Assembly (NCBI GenBank): GCA_015680685.1 | Contig: MNCI01002379.1 | Span: 690,780 to 754,779 of the forward strand | Length of the DNA: 64,000 nucleotides | Direction: 5' to 3' | From: Gnetum montanum | Lineage: Eukaryota; Plantae; Gnetophyta | In this document: piece by piece, positions 26,565-38,946 of the stretch | Layout of the letters: each line of letters opens with the position of its first letter | How positions within the stretch are numbered: the first letter of the stretch is position 1 | The notes under the pieces: generated by a model | Told to the model about the DNA's origin: nothing | What the model saw: only the letters and a program-made list of their open reading frames with translations | The model's database searches: none | Made by a program: the position numbers and the translations under genes

Positions 26565-26905
26565 ACATCCGCTATGATGTTAAAATGGCACAAATCATCT
26601 GGCCATGATGCTAAACTAGCACAGCTCACCCACCATGATGCTAAACTAGCATAACTCATCTTCTATGACATTAAACTAACACAAATCATCCACCATGATG
26701 CTAAACTGGCACAGCTTGTCTTCTATGACATTAAACTAGCATAGATCATCTGCTATGATGTTAAACTAGCATAGCACATCCACTACAATGTTAAATTAGC
26801 ACAAAATGTCCTTGGTCTATAACATGAGACTGGAATCCATAGCATGATTTGCTATGACCTTAAACTAGCATAGTCAATGGTCTACCAAGACCTAAAACTG
26901 GGTTC
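26565..26905 (+). repeat. 30-bp tandem array in the 3' UTR of D (ATCCACCATGATGCTAAACTAGCACAGCTC-like)
   Basis: Eight adjacent copies at 26565-26805 plus two dispersed copies. Confidence 0.9.
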
Positions 26906-28412
26906 ACAATCCATCATCCATGGTTCAGCCTACAAGGTCCTACAAACAAGCGAGTGACAATACTTCTAATCATTCATTGCCTATCCACACCTCCTAGGTA
27001 GGATGGGGTAGAGTGTTGCAGTTCTAGAATGAAGTTTACATCACAAAGGACAAACCCTCTAGGACATTTGCAATGTCACCATCCCTGGCATCTTGCTGAT
27101 CTTTTGGAGATGTCATTTGGCATCTTGCTAACCTTCTAGAGCTATTGCCACCATCGTTGATCATCCTAGTCATAGCTTTCTTCATCAACACCTCCTACTG
27201 GAGCCCCAGCACTATTGTGGCCCAACCACAATTCTGCTATCCTCTAGCCCTCACCATTGTCAAATTTTGGAAGGGCATTCAGCAGCTTGGCTTCCCACCC
27301 TACGGCTGAATTTCTTGGCTCCCACCTTTGGTGAGGATTCCTAAGCACCTGCATCACCATTGCTCCTAGCCTCTTGAGTGCTCACTTCTAGTGTTTTTGT
27401 TGAAGCTTTCCAGCCTAACACCATCAACACCTACACTGCCCTTCCTGCTTTGGATATTGCATACACCAGACATAACATTAACAGCCCTCATAGTGTCCTA
27501 GGTAGGCAAGACTTCACCCTCACTTCACGTGGTGGTTATTTTTCCAGTTTTCTCTATGTTGCATTTGCCAGGTAAAGCTTCGATGGGATCATTCAAGAAT
27601 GCATTTCACCATGATAGCAAGACACTGCATTGTTCCAATGTGCCTACTTCAACTAGCCTAGCTACTTAAGAGTGTATACCCCAATATCCCCTCAACTAAC
27701 CTAACCCCTACCACCTACTCTAGCAATTTCCAACATCCCTTGTAAGCTTCCCCAATGCACATGAAACCCCTTCCCATACTTAAGTGCTAAACCCAAGATG
27801 GATGTAATGTAACTCATCCCATAGAGAGCCCTTGTAGGCTAGTCAAAGCCCCACATGAATGTAACACAACTCATCCAAGGGAGGAAACACCTATCCTATA
27901 GTGACGACATGGCTACCTTCAAGCAGATATGGATGTGCAATTCACCCAAAATAAAAAAAATAGTAGCAAAAAAAAATAAAAAAATAAAAAAAATAAGGGG
28001 AAATGAAATAAGGCAAGTGCCCAAGTCAAATGGCATAGTTTCTTCTTCACAACCATCTCAGCCTTGGATCGATCATCTCTAAGCACTTTGATGATCAGCT
28101 GAAATCTAAAGGAAAAGACACTTATGTGTAGTGACTCCTTCACAAGCACTCTAATGAAGAATCATGTTATGGCAGCATGCCATCATGGCATTACATCTCA
28201 TAGTTATCCATTCCATCCAAACTATCCCTTATCTCCCTGAACCATTCTCCCTAAACTTGTCCCCTAGTCTCTTCCATACTTCGTTTCCCTGGCACTTTTA
28301 AGCATAGCAAAGCATCATCTAAGAGGGAACTGATGAACAATGTTGGTGTCCTATTCATCATGGTATTTTGTATTCTTTGTCAATGTTTCTTAGGCCAATC
28401 CTCTAGACATCA

Positions 28413-28427
28413 ACAAAGAGGGGCCAC
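28413..28427 (+). promoter_or_regulatory. Polypurine tract of D
   Basis: ACAAAGAGGGGCCAC lies directly before the 3' LTR. A near-identical tract is found in H. Confidence 0.85.
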
Positions 28428-30056
28428 TGAAACACCACTACTTTGTCAAAACTTGGACAAAATTTTTTCTAAAGTCCAATGCTACATTGTGCAACATAGA
28501 CAGTGTGGCATCCTAGAAGTCCTAACATTTGAAATATGCTCCCTAGCATAGTCTGAGTAGCACCCATTCCAAAGGCTAGTTTGCACAAATTTCAAGCTAG
28601 AAGTGGTCAAAAGGGCACTGAGGATGGACTCAATAGTTTGGAAAATTTTCTATCTTCTAAGCTATCAAGCTTTCTATGCTCTCCAACTTGCCTAGCTTGA
28701 CACATATCTCGATTGTTAGTCCACCCAGGTGCAAGGCTAGGAGTTGTAAAAAATTCTCAGGATGGATGAAACAGTTTGGCAAATTTTCTATCTTTCAAGC
28801 ATGTTACACTCTACTACGTTGCATAGCGTAGCACAGGTTTTAGGACTTAAATCTCCTAAGCGTTGGGCTAGACACAGAAGGTGCATTTGGCAATTTTTTA
28901 ACTTCTAAGTCTACCTATCTTGCTTCATCCTCAGAGTGTGATCAGTGTCCCATGAAAAAACATTACAAGGTTTGTCAAAATTCATCCAAAATTAGTGCTA
29001 CGCTCTACTACGCTACATAGCATAGACAACGTAGTAGAGGTTCCAAAATCAAAAATTTTCTATGTACAGAATGAGGAGGTATCAGGCCATCTTGACATGG
29101 AAGATGAAATTTTTGGTTGCTGGAGTTGCCTATCTTCCCACATCCTAGAGTGGAATTTTCAATTTTTACAAGATTCATTGGAAAATAGCTGCTATGCCCT
29201 ACTATGTTAAGCAACATAAACAGTGTAGCAGGCTAGAACCGCAAAATTTTTCTAATTTTTCACACTACACTTCATCACGCTAGGTAGCATAGATAACATA
29301 GCACTTGAAAAATGCCTCCAAATGCCTCCAAATACCTCCAAAAGCTTCCAAAACTTAGCATTAACCTCCATTTCAGCTTTGGCATCTCTCAGGTAGCCAA
29401 CATCAATAGTGGCTTTGGTAGAAGATTGGCAAGCAAAAGGTTGATGAGAGGCAAATCTCAACATTAGAACACTCCTCAGCACTTGCTTCACTCCTGCACT
29501 TGAGCATGAAACTTGCAATCCACACCTGTATAGCATAGTAATTATCAATCTAGCAAGCTTTAGCTCCCTTGCATTTTTCAACACCACATCTGCAGTGTCC
29601 CAAGGACTATGACCATACTACCTTGTTGCCCCGTTATGCCTTTCTGAGACTACGTGCTGATTATACACATCATTTAATCAAAATTCATGCTCCCCAAATG
29701 TTAGGATGGTGCATTTTCTCACCTAAACTCATTCCATTTTTCCTACAACATATATTTCAAATTTTTAGAATACTAGTTTATTCCTATTGTCAATATGCAT
29801 TAAGACACTCACATCAATGCACTCTCATTGTTATACATGTTATGCTCTTTACTTGTTCCAACTCCTGTGTGTGACACCCTAAAAACACCATTCGAAAATG
29901 GTTATTAGACACCACATAAGGCCCTATCTGATCAACCAAACCATTCAGGATGCCCCATTTCTATTCTCTCCAACACAACCCTCCCACAAACTCAAGTTAA
30001 GCTATACGTCTTACAACCTCTCAGTGTTCCAGCCACTAACATTTCTAGATGCTACA
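28428..30056 (+). repeat. 3' LTR of element D
   Basis: Homologous to 11581-13558 but lacking the ~0.38 kb TATA-containing segment (junction near 29411). Confidence 0.92.
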
Positions 30057-30061
30057 CTATC

Positions 30062-32398
30062 ATTGGATTGCCAAGATATGAAAGCCAAGTGGAGTTTTAA
30101 GATCATCCATCGAAATGGGAGGGCATTCTTTCCCATAGCTAACATGGTTGTACCACTCACCAACAACTTCAATTGGATCTTACAACAAATTATCAAGGTG
30201 AGTGGGCCAAAAGAATAGGATGTAGCATCAAACTATGATGAATCCCTACAATATGGATAGGAGGAGTTTAAATCCCATTCTAACAATGGTGTCCCATCCT
30301 GCTCCCATTTTCATGCTACATTGGTCACAGCCCAAGTCTTCGCTAGTGGTAGCTAGCCACCAAGTCTTGCCTACACAATAGGACATAGGACCTCTTGCTT
30401 CCTTTCCTTTTATCATTTCTTTGTAGTTTATTCAACCTTCATAGTTGGCATATGTGACACTGATGCTACCATATGTGCACACCATGCCCATATCACAGCT
30501 ATAGACAAGTCACATTCTCATTATCCTAGCCCTCTCAGTCCCACCATCAAGAACAACCCTAGCCTCAATTGCGTGATGGGCCACAACATCTTTACCCACT
30601 ATATAACTGTCACATGTATCATAGTACACACAACAATAAACTTACCAAGCATCAAACATGGTGGCATAGCCCACAATAGGGCTATGGGAAACTTTGATGA
30701 CACTACCAACAACACAGCCAAATAAACCCTCTGCAACATCTCCAAGTTTGGACCTAGCATTTCAACTTATCCAAACCCTCATAGAGGAGGTTAGGTAGCT
30801 TAAAGTGGCCAACTCAAAAATGGTCCACATAATGAACTTCTACCAAGATGATTCCATTAGCCCTGTGGTTCCTCTGTTAACACTACCTCCCGAGGTCCAA
30901 CTCCCCCAATTCACAAAATACAATAGAAATGATGATCCCAATGCTTGCTTAGTAACTTTCTATTCTAAGTACCTATTATTACAAGCATGGCCACACATAA
31001 CATCTGTGTTTTCACCATGTCTTTGACTAGAAAAGCTCTCAACTAGTATCATGCACTCTTTAGAGCTTCCATCTCAACTTTAGAGAAGCTTCTAAGCTAG
31101 CTTGTAATCAGCTTTAAGTACAACTTGAAGCTTGAGGCCACACTAGACCAGCTAATGAATGTTAAATAAGGATTACTAGAACTAATGTAAAAATTCATAC
31201 AATGTTGGAGTGCCTCCCTAAATGAGATTCATGAGCCAATATCCGAAATCCACTTGCTAGTCATTTTCAAAGGCAAAGTAAACAATTTCATCAAATCAAA
31301 GTTGTACTATTTAGCCTTACATTCTCTAGGCCAAGCTTTTTCACAAACCAAGAGCATACAATATGTTATAGAAGCTAGTAGGGACTTGGCTTACGTAGCC
31401 TACAAAAATGCCCATGTAAAGAAAGACAAAGAGAAGGGAAAGGTCATAGAAACTATGGTAGTTGTGGCTGATGAAGCCAAGCCCAACAACAACAAGCCAA
31501 CTACTAAGGTGCCTAAGGCCCTAGCCAACAACAACAAAGCATCAAGGTGCATCATGACCTCCCCCAATCATCGTGAAGTCTTGGTTCACATTCTGGCATA
31601 TATTCTTATTAAGGCAGATATGTGTGTAGATGAAAAGGCTATCCACACCATAATGCTCCTGCCTGCAACCAAAGAGCCAAGATCAACACCCTTCATCTTT
31701 TGTGATGAAGCAATCAAAGCTAACCCTAAAAAGGGTCAGGTAACCACTGCACCCATGTTTACAATGATTCATGTGGAACATTACAAAATTCGTAGGGTGC
31801 ACATAGATGATGGGGCTACAACCAATGTTATTCCATTCCTTTTCATCAATAAGCTTAGCCTAGTGGATCAAATTAGGTTGACAACAACAACATATTTGAA
31901 ATCCTTTAATGGAGCATGTGTGGTTGTTAAGGGGATATTCATGATTGATTTCATGGTAGGGGAGCAATTCCCCACTACTGTTGAGCTCATCATGATCAAA
32001 GAGATACCTGGATTCAACCCAATCCTAAGGAGTTCTTGGTTAGCCTAGCTATGGATCATTTCCTCACCGATCCACCAAGAGATCCACTTGCCTTACAAAG
32101 GTGGGAAGGTGGTGCTCTTTAGTGATAATGTAGCCCCTCTAACCATCAACAACATAGATATCAAACAAGAGTCGGAGGTAGAGATCTCCGAAGATACACC
32201 ACCTCTTTGCAATGAAAGTTGATGTTATTCAATTGATGTCAAGCAACCAAGCAAGATGAGCTACCTCCATGAGGAAGCCCTAAGGGAAAAATTGTCATTT
32301 TTGCAATAAATAATGGCCTAGGAGAGTACCATATAGTACCTTCTAGGCCTTACACACCACTTAACCTGCATCGGGTTAGGAAGCATCTGTGCAACTAG
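30062..32398 (+). pseudogene. gag: Remainder of the gag-protease ORF of C (about 1.1 kb internal deletion near 31548)
   Basis: ORF 31254-32048 joins the gag core directly to the pre-protease region. It contains RVHIDDGATTN and ends in TAG at 32396-32398. Confidence 0.9.
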
Positions 32399-32534
32399 GG
32401 TATGTCTGTAATTTTCTTGTCTATCCAACTTGTTTTTTTGTCCATTTTTCTATATAATTACAATTTGCATTATTATTTTCATCTTTCATTAGTTATGATT
32501 TTGTCTAGCTTTCTTAATGCAAAAACAAAATGAG

Positions 32535-32685
32535 GCCTGGAAAGGCCTTAAACTACCATACAACACACGAAGGCCTAAAACTAGCAAATAAATTTCTTTA
32601 AGTGATGGCCCAAAATGGCCTTAAACTAGTGATGGCCCTACCACCATGGCCTTAAATTGGCATTGGACCCATGAGGGGCCTAATT
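32535..32685 (+). repeat. GGCCTTAAACT repeat cluster of C
   Basis: Four to five degenerate copies at the same position as the D array at 17965-18200. Confidence 0.75.
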
Positions 32686-32888
32686 GCATCAACAAAATCA
32701 TAAGATAAAATTATGACAACATTACATGAAGATGGAAAGATGAGAAGCAAATAACTATCATATTTCATTAAATCATCAATACACAGTCCAAAATTACATC
32801 CACAACATGAAATATCCAAAAAGACATAAAATTTCCCAATAGCATGGCTACATCTTGAGCATTTCAAGTTGTAGTGTGTGATGGGGGG

Positions 32889-35800
32889 CTAAGGCTCATG
32901 CCCTTCCTCTCCATCTGCTGCTCCAATGGGTCTAGCACCCTCACCTAGAGCTTGCATCAAATAAAAATGAAATAATAAACTAATCAATAAATGAGATAAC
33001 ATGTAAAATTTTAATGAAATAGACAATAATAAAGTAAGTTAAACCAACTAGAGAAGGGCTTGCATCCATCTTTGGAGGCATCCTATTGAGGCTAGCCTCT
33101 AGGCATCAGAGGATTTCATCCTTCAACATGTGTGTCTAGTTCTCCTCACCTAAATCAATGTCCATGAGGCTTTTCCCTTTCTCCATGGTTGTCCATATGG
33201 GCAGCCCTGGTAAAAATGTTGCAGAAGTTACCTCTCTAGAAGGAATAGTGATCTCTCTCTCCAAGGACTCACTAACTAGTACACTGTTCACGAAATGTTT
33301 GTAAGCCTGCTTTGTGCCAATTACATCAAGGAATATCTCTTGACATCGACACTCCATAGACTCATCCCTATATTTCTTGTGATAGGCTTCATGCTGTAGC
33401 TTGTAGTGATGTTTGTGGTTCTTTTGGATTTGCCCCCATTCATACAGTTTGGCATCATAGTCCTTCCAATCTTGGTTTTTTCTAGCCAAGAGGTCCATCT
33501 ACAACCATTGTTCAATGACCTCCTGGGTAGCCTCATTTTTACATAGAATAGCTAACCAGTTCCTAGCATAATCAATCTCAGTTGTGAACCACCTACCATT
33601 TGACTTGTTTTGTGTTGCCAAGAAGTTGTAACATGACTGTAGGCCTTCTAGTCTAGTTTCCTGGTTCACCCCCTATTCTTGAATCACTTATACTTGCTTC
33701 CAAAACTCCTCATTTACATGCCTACACTCCCACAATGCTCGTGCAAAGTGTAGTGCACACTTGCTTGCCTCGTCGTATATGTGATGAGGTACCTGCTCCA
33801 CCTCAAGGGGGAACTTTGATATGGCATCAACTTGGATGGCTTTATTCGAGTCCCATTTGAGTCACAAGCCTATTATCCCAATAATAAATGGTGAAACATT
33901 ATCCATAAGATAGATAAGAAAACCAACCAAGCAAACAAAATAAAAAATCGATACAAAAAAAAGAGAAGAGATAATGACAGTAAAATAAATGTACCCATCT
34001 TAAGGTCTATCTATTTGAAGCAGTCTATCATATCACCCACCATGCCTTGCATAAAGGTGAACTTATCTGGGGTTTCTTCCCATGGTCATATGCAGAAGGT
34101 GGATGTTGATTTTGGATGTTCAACAGAAGCATTGGCTACTATAACAAAAATCATTTTATAATCATCAAAAAAATACAAAAAATACAAAAATGTAAAAATA
34201 ATAAAAAAAGAAAATTTTTATATATATATATATATATATAAAGAGAAGAACATAATGAAGATGGCGGTGCAAAGCTCCTACCCAACAAGCCCTCAGGAGT
34301 GAGAGCGAGGAGATCATTCATCTACATGCCTTTAAAGAAACATTCAAACTCATCATCCTCAAACTATAACCCCTCTTCTTTGAGTTACCTCAACACTTCA
34401 GTAGCTTCTTACTCATTCTCATCTGTCATGTGTCCCTCAAGTTGGGGGATATCATCCTCCAAAGGCTCGTCTTTCATTATAGGGGCCCTTTTGCCTATGT
34501 TGCATAAATTCAGGTTAGAATGCCCACTAATAAATTCAAAAATAGCATGAAACTAAGTAATGCATACTTACTGGCTAGTTCTGATCACACATCATGGAGC
34601 TTGAATCATAGCTTCTTACCCCTCTCATCCACTTCATGCATGGGCTCCTCCATGGGGTGAGGCTTCTTGATTTGCATTTTTAACAACCTCACCATCTTAG
34701 TGATGAGTCATGCCCCTCTTGCTACATTGTCAATGTTCATTGGTGGAGCCTCCCTAGCACTATCACATGTGCAATAGGATTGCTCCACACGATCTTTGTT
34801 CATTACTAAGAATGACTCACCAATTATCTCTGGTAGGTCCTATAATTGCATTATGTGGAACAAGTGGTAGATCCATGGCTTAGAGATCTGGGTGCAATCT
34901 TACACCATCCATTGCCTATTCTCATGGACCACCAAGAGTTTCACAAACCTTCGTAGGAATGCTATGAAGAAGGAAAAGTACATATGTGATCGTGCCTATA
35001 GGTTGCTACATAGCTTGATGATTTTAGCCCATAGTCCATTAATAAGGTAGTTAGCCTAAGTATAATATGTCTCCTCCTCTATCATGTCTCTCATGATCCA
35101 AGCTTGCTCTACCCCAAGGACCTTTCCTTAGAAGACTAGCTTAGGAAACACACGAGCCCATAAAATGGGATAGAGGTGTTGGGCCATAGGTAATTCCACC
35201 ATCTTCATGGGTATACCCTTACAACCATTTTTAGTGCCCAACCACTCTTCAATGCCCCCTCTATGATCTAGGTTATTATCAGTTTTATCTGCTATTGGTA
35301 GACCCTTAGAGGGGATGCCAAACAGATTCAAGAAGAGGTCATCCATGATCTCGAAGATCACCCACATGTTATGAACTCACATGCAGAAGCATTCAGCACT
35401 CTTGGTGAAGGAGTTAACTAGGGCAATCATCTCAGCCACCAAGATGTTTGGGTTCATGACCAAGAAAATGTCCATAAGCCCAGCCCATAGAAGATTCTAG
35501 GCTACCCCTATTAAGGCCTCGTAGCACAACTAGCACTATGAGCTCTTAACTTCACCATACTTGAAGAAGAGTGTAGCCTCAGTGTGCCCTAAAGTAACAA
35601 GTATAACCTCTCTAGACTTAGTTGTAGCTGTAATGAGCAAAAGGATACTCAATAAGATGATGAAAATATAAAATTAAAAGAAGTGCATGAAAGTAAATAG
35701 GTGATATGACTTACATGGCATAAACAGTGTGCAAAATGGTGATAGTGGGACCGAAACCTCCTCTACACTCGGTATCCAGTTTTCCCACTCAATGTCTAAT

Positions 35801-37024
35801 GAGTTGAGATTCTGACACCTTTCATAAGATTTGGAATACCTACTAGGGTATTCCACCAAATCTTCCCCAACTTGCCCTATCACTTCACCACACATATTAT
35901 CAATGGATGAGAATTCTTGTATGGTACTTTTGGTAAAGTTTAGTATCCCCTCTTCATCATGAAGGTCATTTTCATCAACAAAAAACCTAATAATAGGCAA
36001 AAGTAGTTAGCACCCTAAGTTATGAAATAATAGGTAGTGCAAGAAATCAAAATAGGGCTCACCCTCCAACACAATAAACCATCCTAGGTGGGTTCTAAAA
36101 AATAGTGTGCATGTGCCAGGTAAGAAATATAGTGTTATATTTTTTGTAGCATTGGAACTCGAGCATTCCCCAGATCCTAGAGAAGAATCTAAAGCCTTTC
36201 TAGCACTAGCCCAAGCTCCCTACCCCTTCAACTATAGTAGGCTCATCAGACATAAACTTCAAAATGCCTCAGTTCACTCTAGGCAGCAATGTCTCAATTA
36301 TGACACCTGCTACTTTGGCTGACAAGTGTGACTGCATGATCACACTAAAGTGGCAAAGAAAGAATTCTAGGAATTCCTATGCACCTGACCAGAACCAAAC
36401 CACTTGGTGCCCAACATGTGCATGTGGTGTGGGAACATTTGGTACAAGATCACTCATGCAACATAAAATCCCCACTAGTTCGACCACAATGAGAATGCGT
36501 TTCATGCTATAGCACAGAATGCTCAAACCCTTGTGTTATGATATGCTTCTGGTACATGCTGCCAAAAATCCTACTCTGTGCTACATTGGCAAGATGCCAT
36601 AGCGATCCCTATTCTGCACCGTTGTGCAAGACACTCTGAAAACCTTGTTCCACATTGTAGCATGGAACACCCAAAAACCCTTATCCCATGTCATAACGCA
36701 AGACACCCTAAACCCTTGACATGGAAAAGAAAAAGATTGAAACAAAAATTTCATTTGCATGCACTTCCTTCCTTGACCATGGCTCAGAGTGGTTGCAGTG
36801 GCAATGATGGTTCCTACCTACAATAGGCCTCCTACAAAATCCAAACACCCAAAATGCATAGGAAAGTAAGAAAAGAAAACATCACAAGGGTAGATCATAA
36901 CGGCTTACCTAGTGGACAACATCTCCTGGTAGTCCTCAATATAGACTCTAGGAAGGCACCTCAGGGTATGCTCTCCTCCATCAACATTGGCAAGGCCAAG
37001 GTGCTTGCATTTACTTTGATGCAT
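32889..37024 (-). pseudogene. Antisense multi-exon accessory gene of C, degenerate
   Basis: TATA at 37169-37176 (-). Introns: 36832-36908 (GTAAG..GTAG), 35628-35714 (GTAAGT..TTACAG, frame-preserving), 34527-34571 and 34139-34281. ORF-track pieces 35674-36000, 35128-35367 and 33136-33498 fall within it. Confidence 0.8.
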
Positions 37025-37527
37025 CATCTTTAGTTTCTATGCTCTAGCTTCCCCTTTGTCATACTCTAGCTTCCCTCAGACGCTGCCATGCTCTACCTTG
37101 ACCGTGCTACGCTTGGATAACTATTGGCTCTAATGTTGAAAATCATAGGTTTACTATGGTAAAACCTCTATTTATACCCTTTAGGGTTAAAGGACACATC
37201 ACCCTCTCAGGACATTCTGTGTCCTGTGCGTAATGTGGGATATTCTGTGTCTATTTTTTTTTCATTTTTTCTAATTGCCCAATAAACATTCAGCTCAATC
37301 CTATGTTTCAAACCTCTTAAGCTTTGCTTAAACCTATGTTCCATGCATAGTCTATGGTCCACTATGACCTTAAACTAGCAATTTTATGGCCAATCAAGGC
37401 CGCTAAAGAAAAAATCACTTTACATACTACATAGTTAGTTAAGTTTTCATATCATTGTCTTCCTTATTCTATGCATTTCTCTTTATTAAGACATGTGCCA
37501 ATTGACATTTTTTTGGTTATTTTTTAG

Positions 37528-38946
37528 GATATCATGAATAAGATTGAAAAAATGAATGCATATGAGAGTCTTCATTCACCCTTAGTCTTGACTGGAACTT
37601 ATGGTGGATCCATGAGATGCATAAACATAAAACTTCTAAACATTGAATCGCTTACCTATGACATAAATGTAGTGTTCCTAGAGACCTCGCTAGACTGGCC
37701 AGAATATCTAGTTAGAGCTCTAGACTTAGAAGCAAGTGACATAATTGAGGATCCACTCATAGAAGTCCCTATAATAACATGTAAAGGTGAGGCAAAAACA
37801 TTAAAAATTAGTTCCTTGTTAGAGCCTCAAATCCAACAAAGCATCTCTAAAGTCCTTAGTGATAATGTCAAGGCATTCATATGGTCCTACAAGAACATGT
37901 TGGGTTTAGATCCTCACATAATACAACACAACATTATTCTTGATCCTCACATAAAGCTAGTTAAACAAAAATCTTGTAAAGCCAAGCCTGAGTTGGTGTT
38001 GGCCATTCACGATGAGATTACTAAGCTTTACAAAGCTAGTTTCATCTGTGTAGTTGACTATGCTGACTAGGTCTCAAACATTGTAGTTGTCTCCAAGAAA
38101 AATAGAACTATATGCATTTGCATAGACTTGCGAGACCTAAACAAGGAAACCATTAAAGATGATTTTCCATTGCCTAGTATTGATCAACTCATTGATACCA
38201 TGACTAGGCATGCCTTATTGTCCTTTATGGATGGGTTCTCAAGGTACAATCAAATTTGAATCAACCTAGAGTACCAACTTAGTAGTACTTTCATGACCCC
38301 ATGGGGTACATTTTGTTATATAATTATGCCCTTTGGACTAAAGAATATAGGAGCAACATATCAATGTGTAATGATGTACATCTTTAGTGACTATCTATTA
38401 GACTTCCTCAATGACTATGTTGATGACATAGTAGTTAAGTTAAAAGTAGCTCATGATGATGCAGATGACTTGGACCGTGTCCTCAAACATTGCCTTAGAT
38501 ATTGCTTTAGGCTTAATCCCAAAAAGTATGTCTTTGGTGTCAAAACGGGTCACATGTTAGGCTTTGTCATGTTAGAAGCAGGTATACATCTAGACCCTAA
38601 TAAGGTTAGGGCTATCACCAACTTAGTGCCACCAGCAAACCTTAAGGAGTTTCACAAGTTACAAGGCATATTATAGTTCATACATAGGTTCATTGTAAGG
38701 TTGACTGACAAGTTGCAACCAATGTAACATTTGCTAAAAAAGGGTGTCCACTTTGAGTGGATCACTCAATGCTAAGAGGCATTTGACAACCTAAAAAAGG
38801 AGCTATCCAAATTTCAATTGTCTATCCTCCACAAGGAGATAAATCATTCTAGATTTACCTTGCTACCTCACACACATCCATTGCTTCTCTACTCTACCAA
38901 AAGTGAGATAATGGCTTGAAGGTCCCTATTTGCTATTTAAGCCATG
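37528..38946 (+). pseudogene. pol: pol (RT to start of RNase H) of C, cut by LTR E
   Basis: GLDPHIIQHNI, DDFPLPSIDQL, MPFGLKN and NDYVDD are present. It ends at ICYLSH followed by TGAAACAC. Confidence 0.92.

Larger units (their letters stand above)
11581..30056 (+). mobile_element. Full-length (~18.5 kb) Tat/Ogre-like Ty3/Gypsy element D with 5-bp TSD CTATC
   Basis: It has paired LTRs, PBS, PPT, gag-PR and RT-RH-aRH-INT. CTATC occurs at 11576-11580 and 30057-30061, and joining the flanks restores GGCCTATC-ATTGGA, as in the uninterrupted D gag near 14255. Confidence 0.95.

Noticed and set aside
26565-26905. CRISPR-like appearance of the 30-bp array (also 17965-18200 and 62198-62342)
   Set aside because: The units are contiguous degenerate tandem repeats without unique spacers, there are no cas genes, and the context is a plant retrotransposon.
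28320-28427. Hammerhead ribozyme (CTGATGA core) / retrozyme
   Set aside because: I could not see a suitably placed GAAA with flanking helices. This was not tested with a covariance model.
34219-34240. Microsatellites ((TA)n here and at ~4100; (GT)n at ~20043 and ~55529) and a 14-bp duplication at ~13805
   Set aside because: These are ordinary slippage products, specific to single copies.
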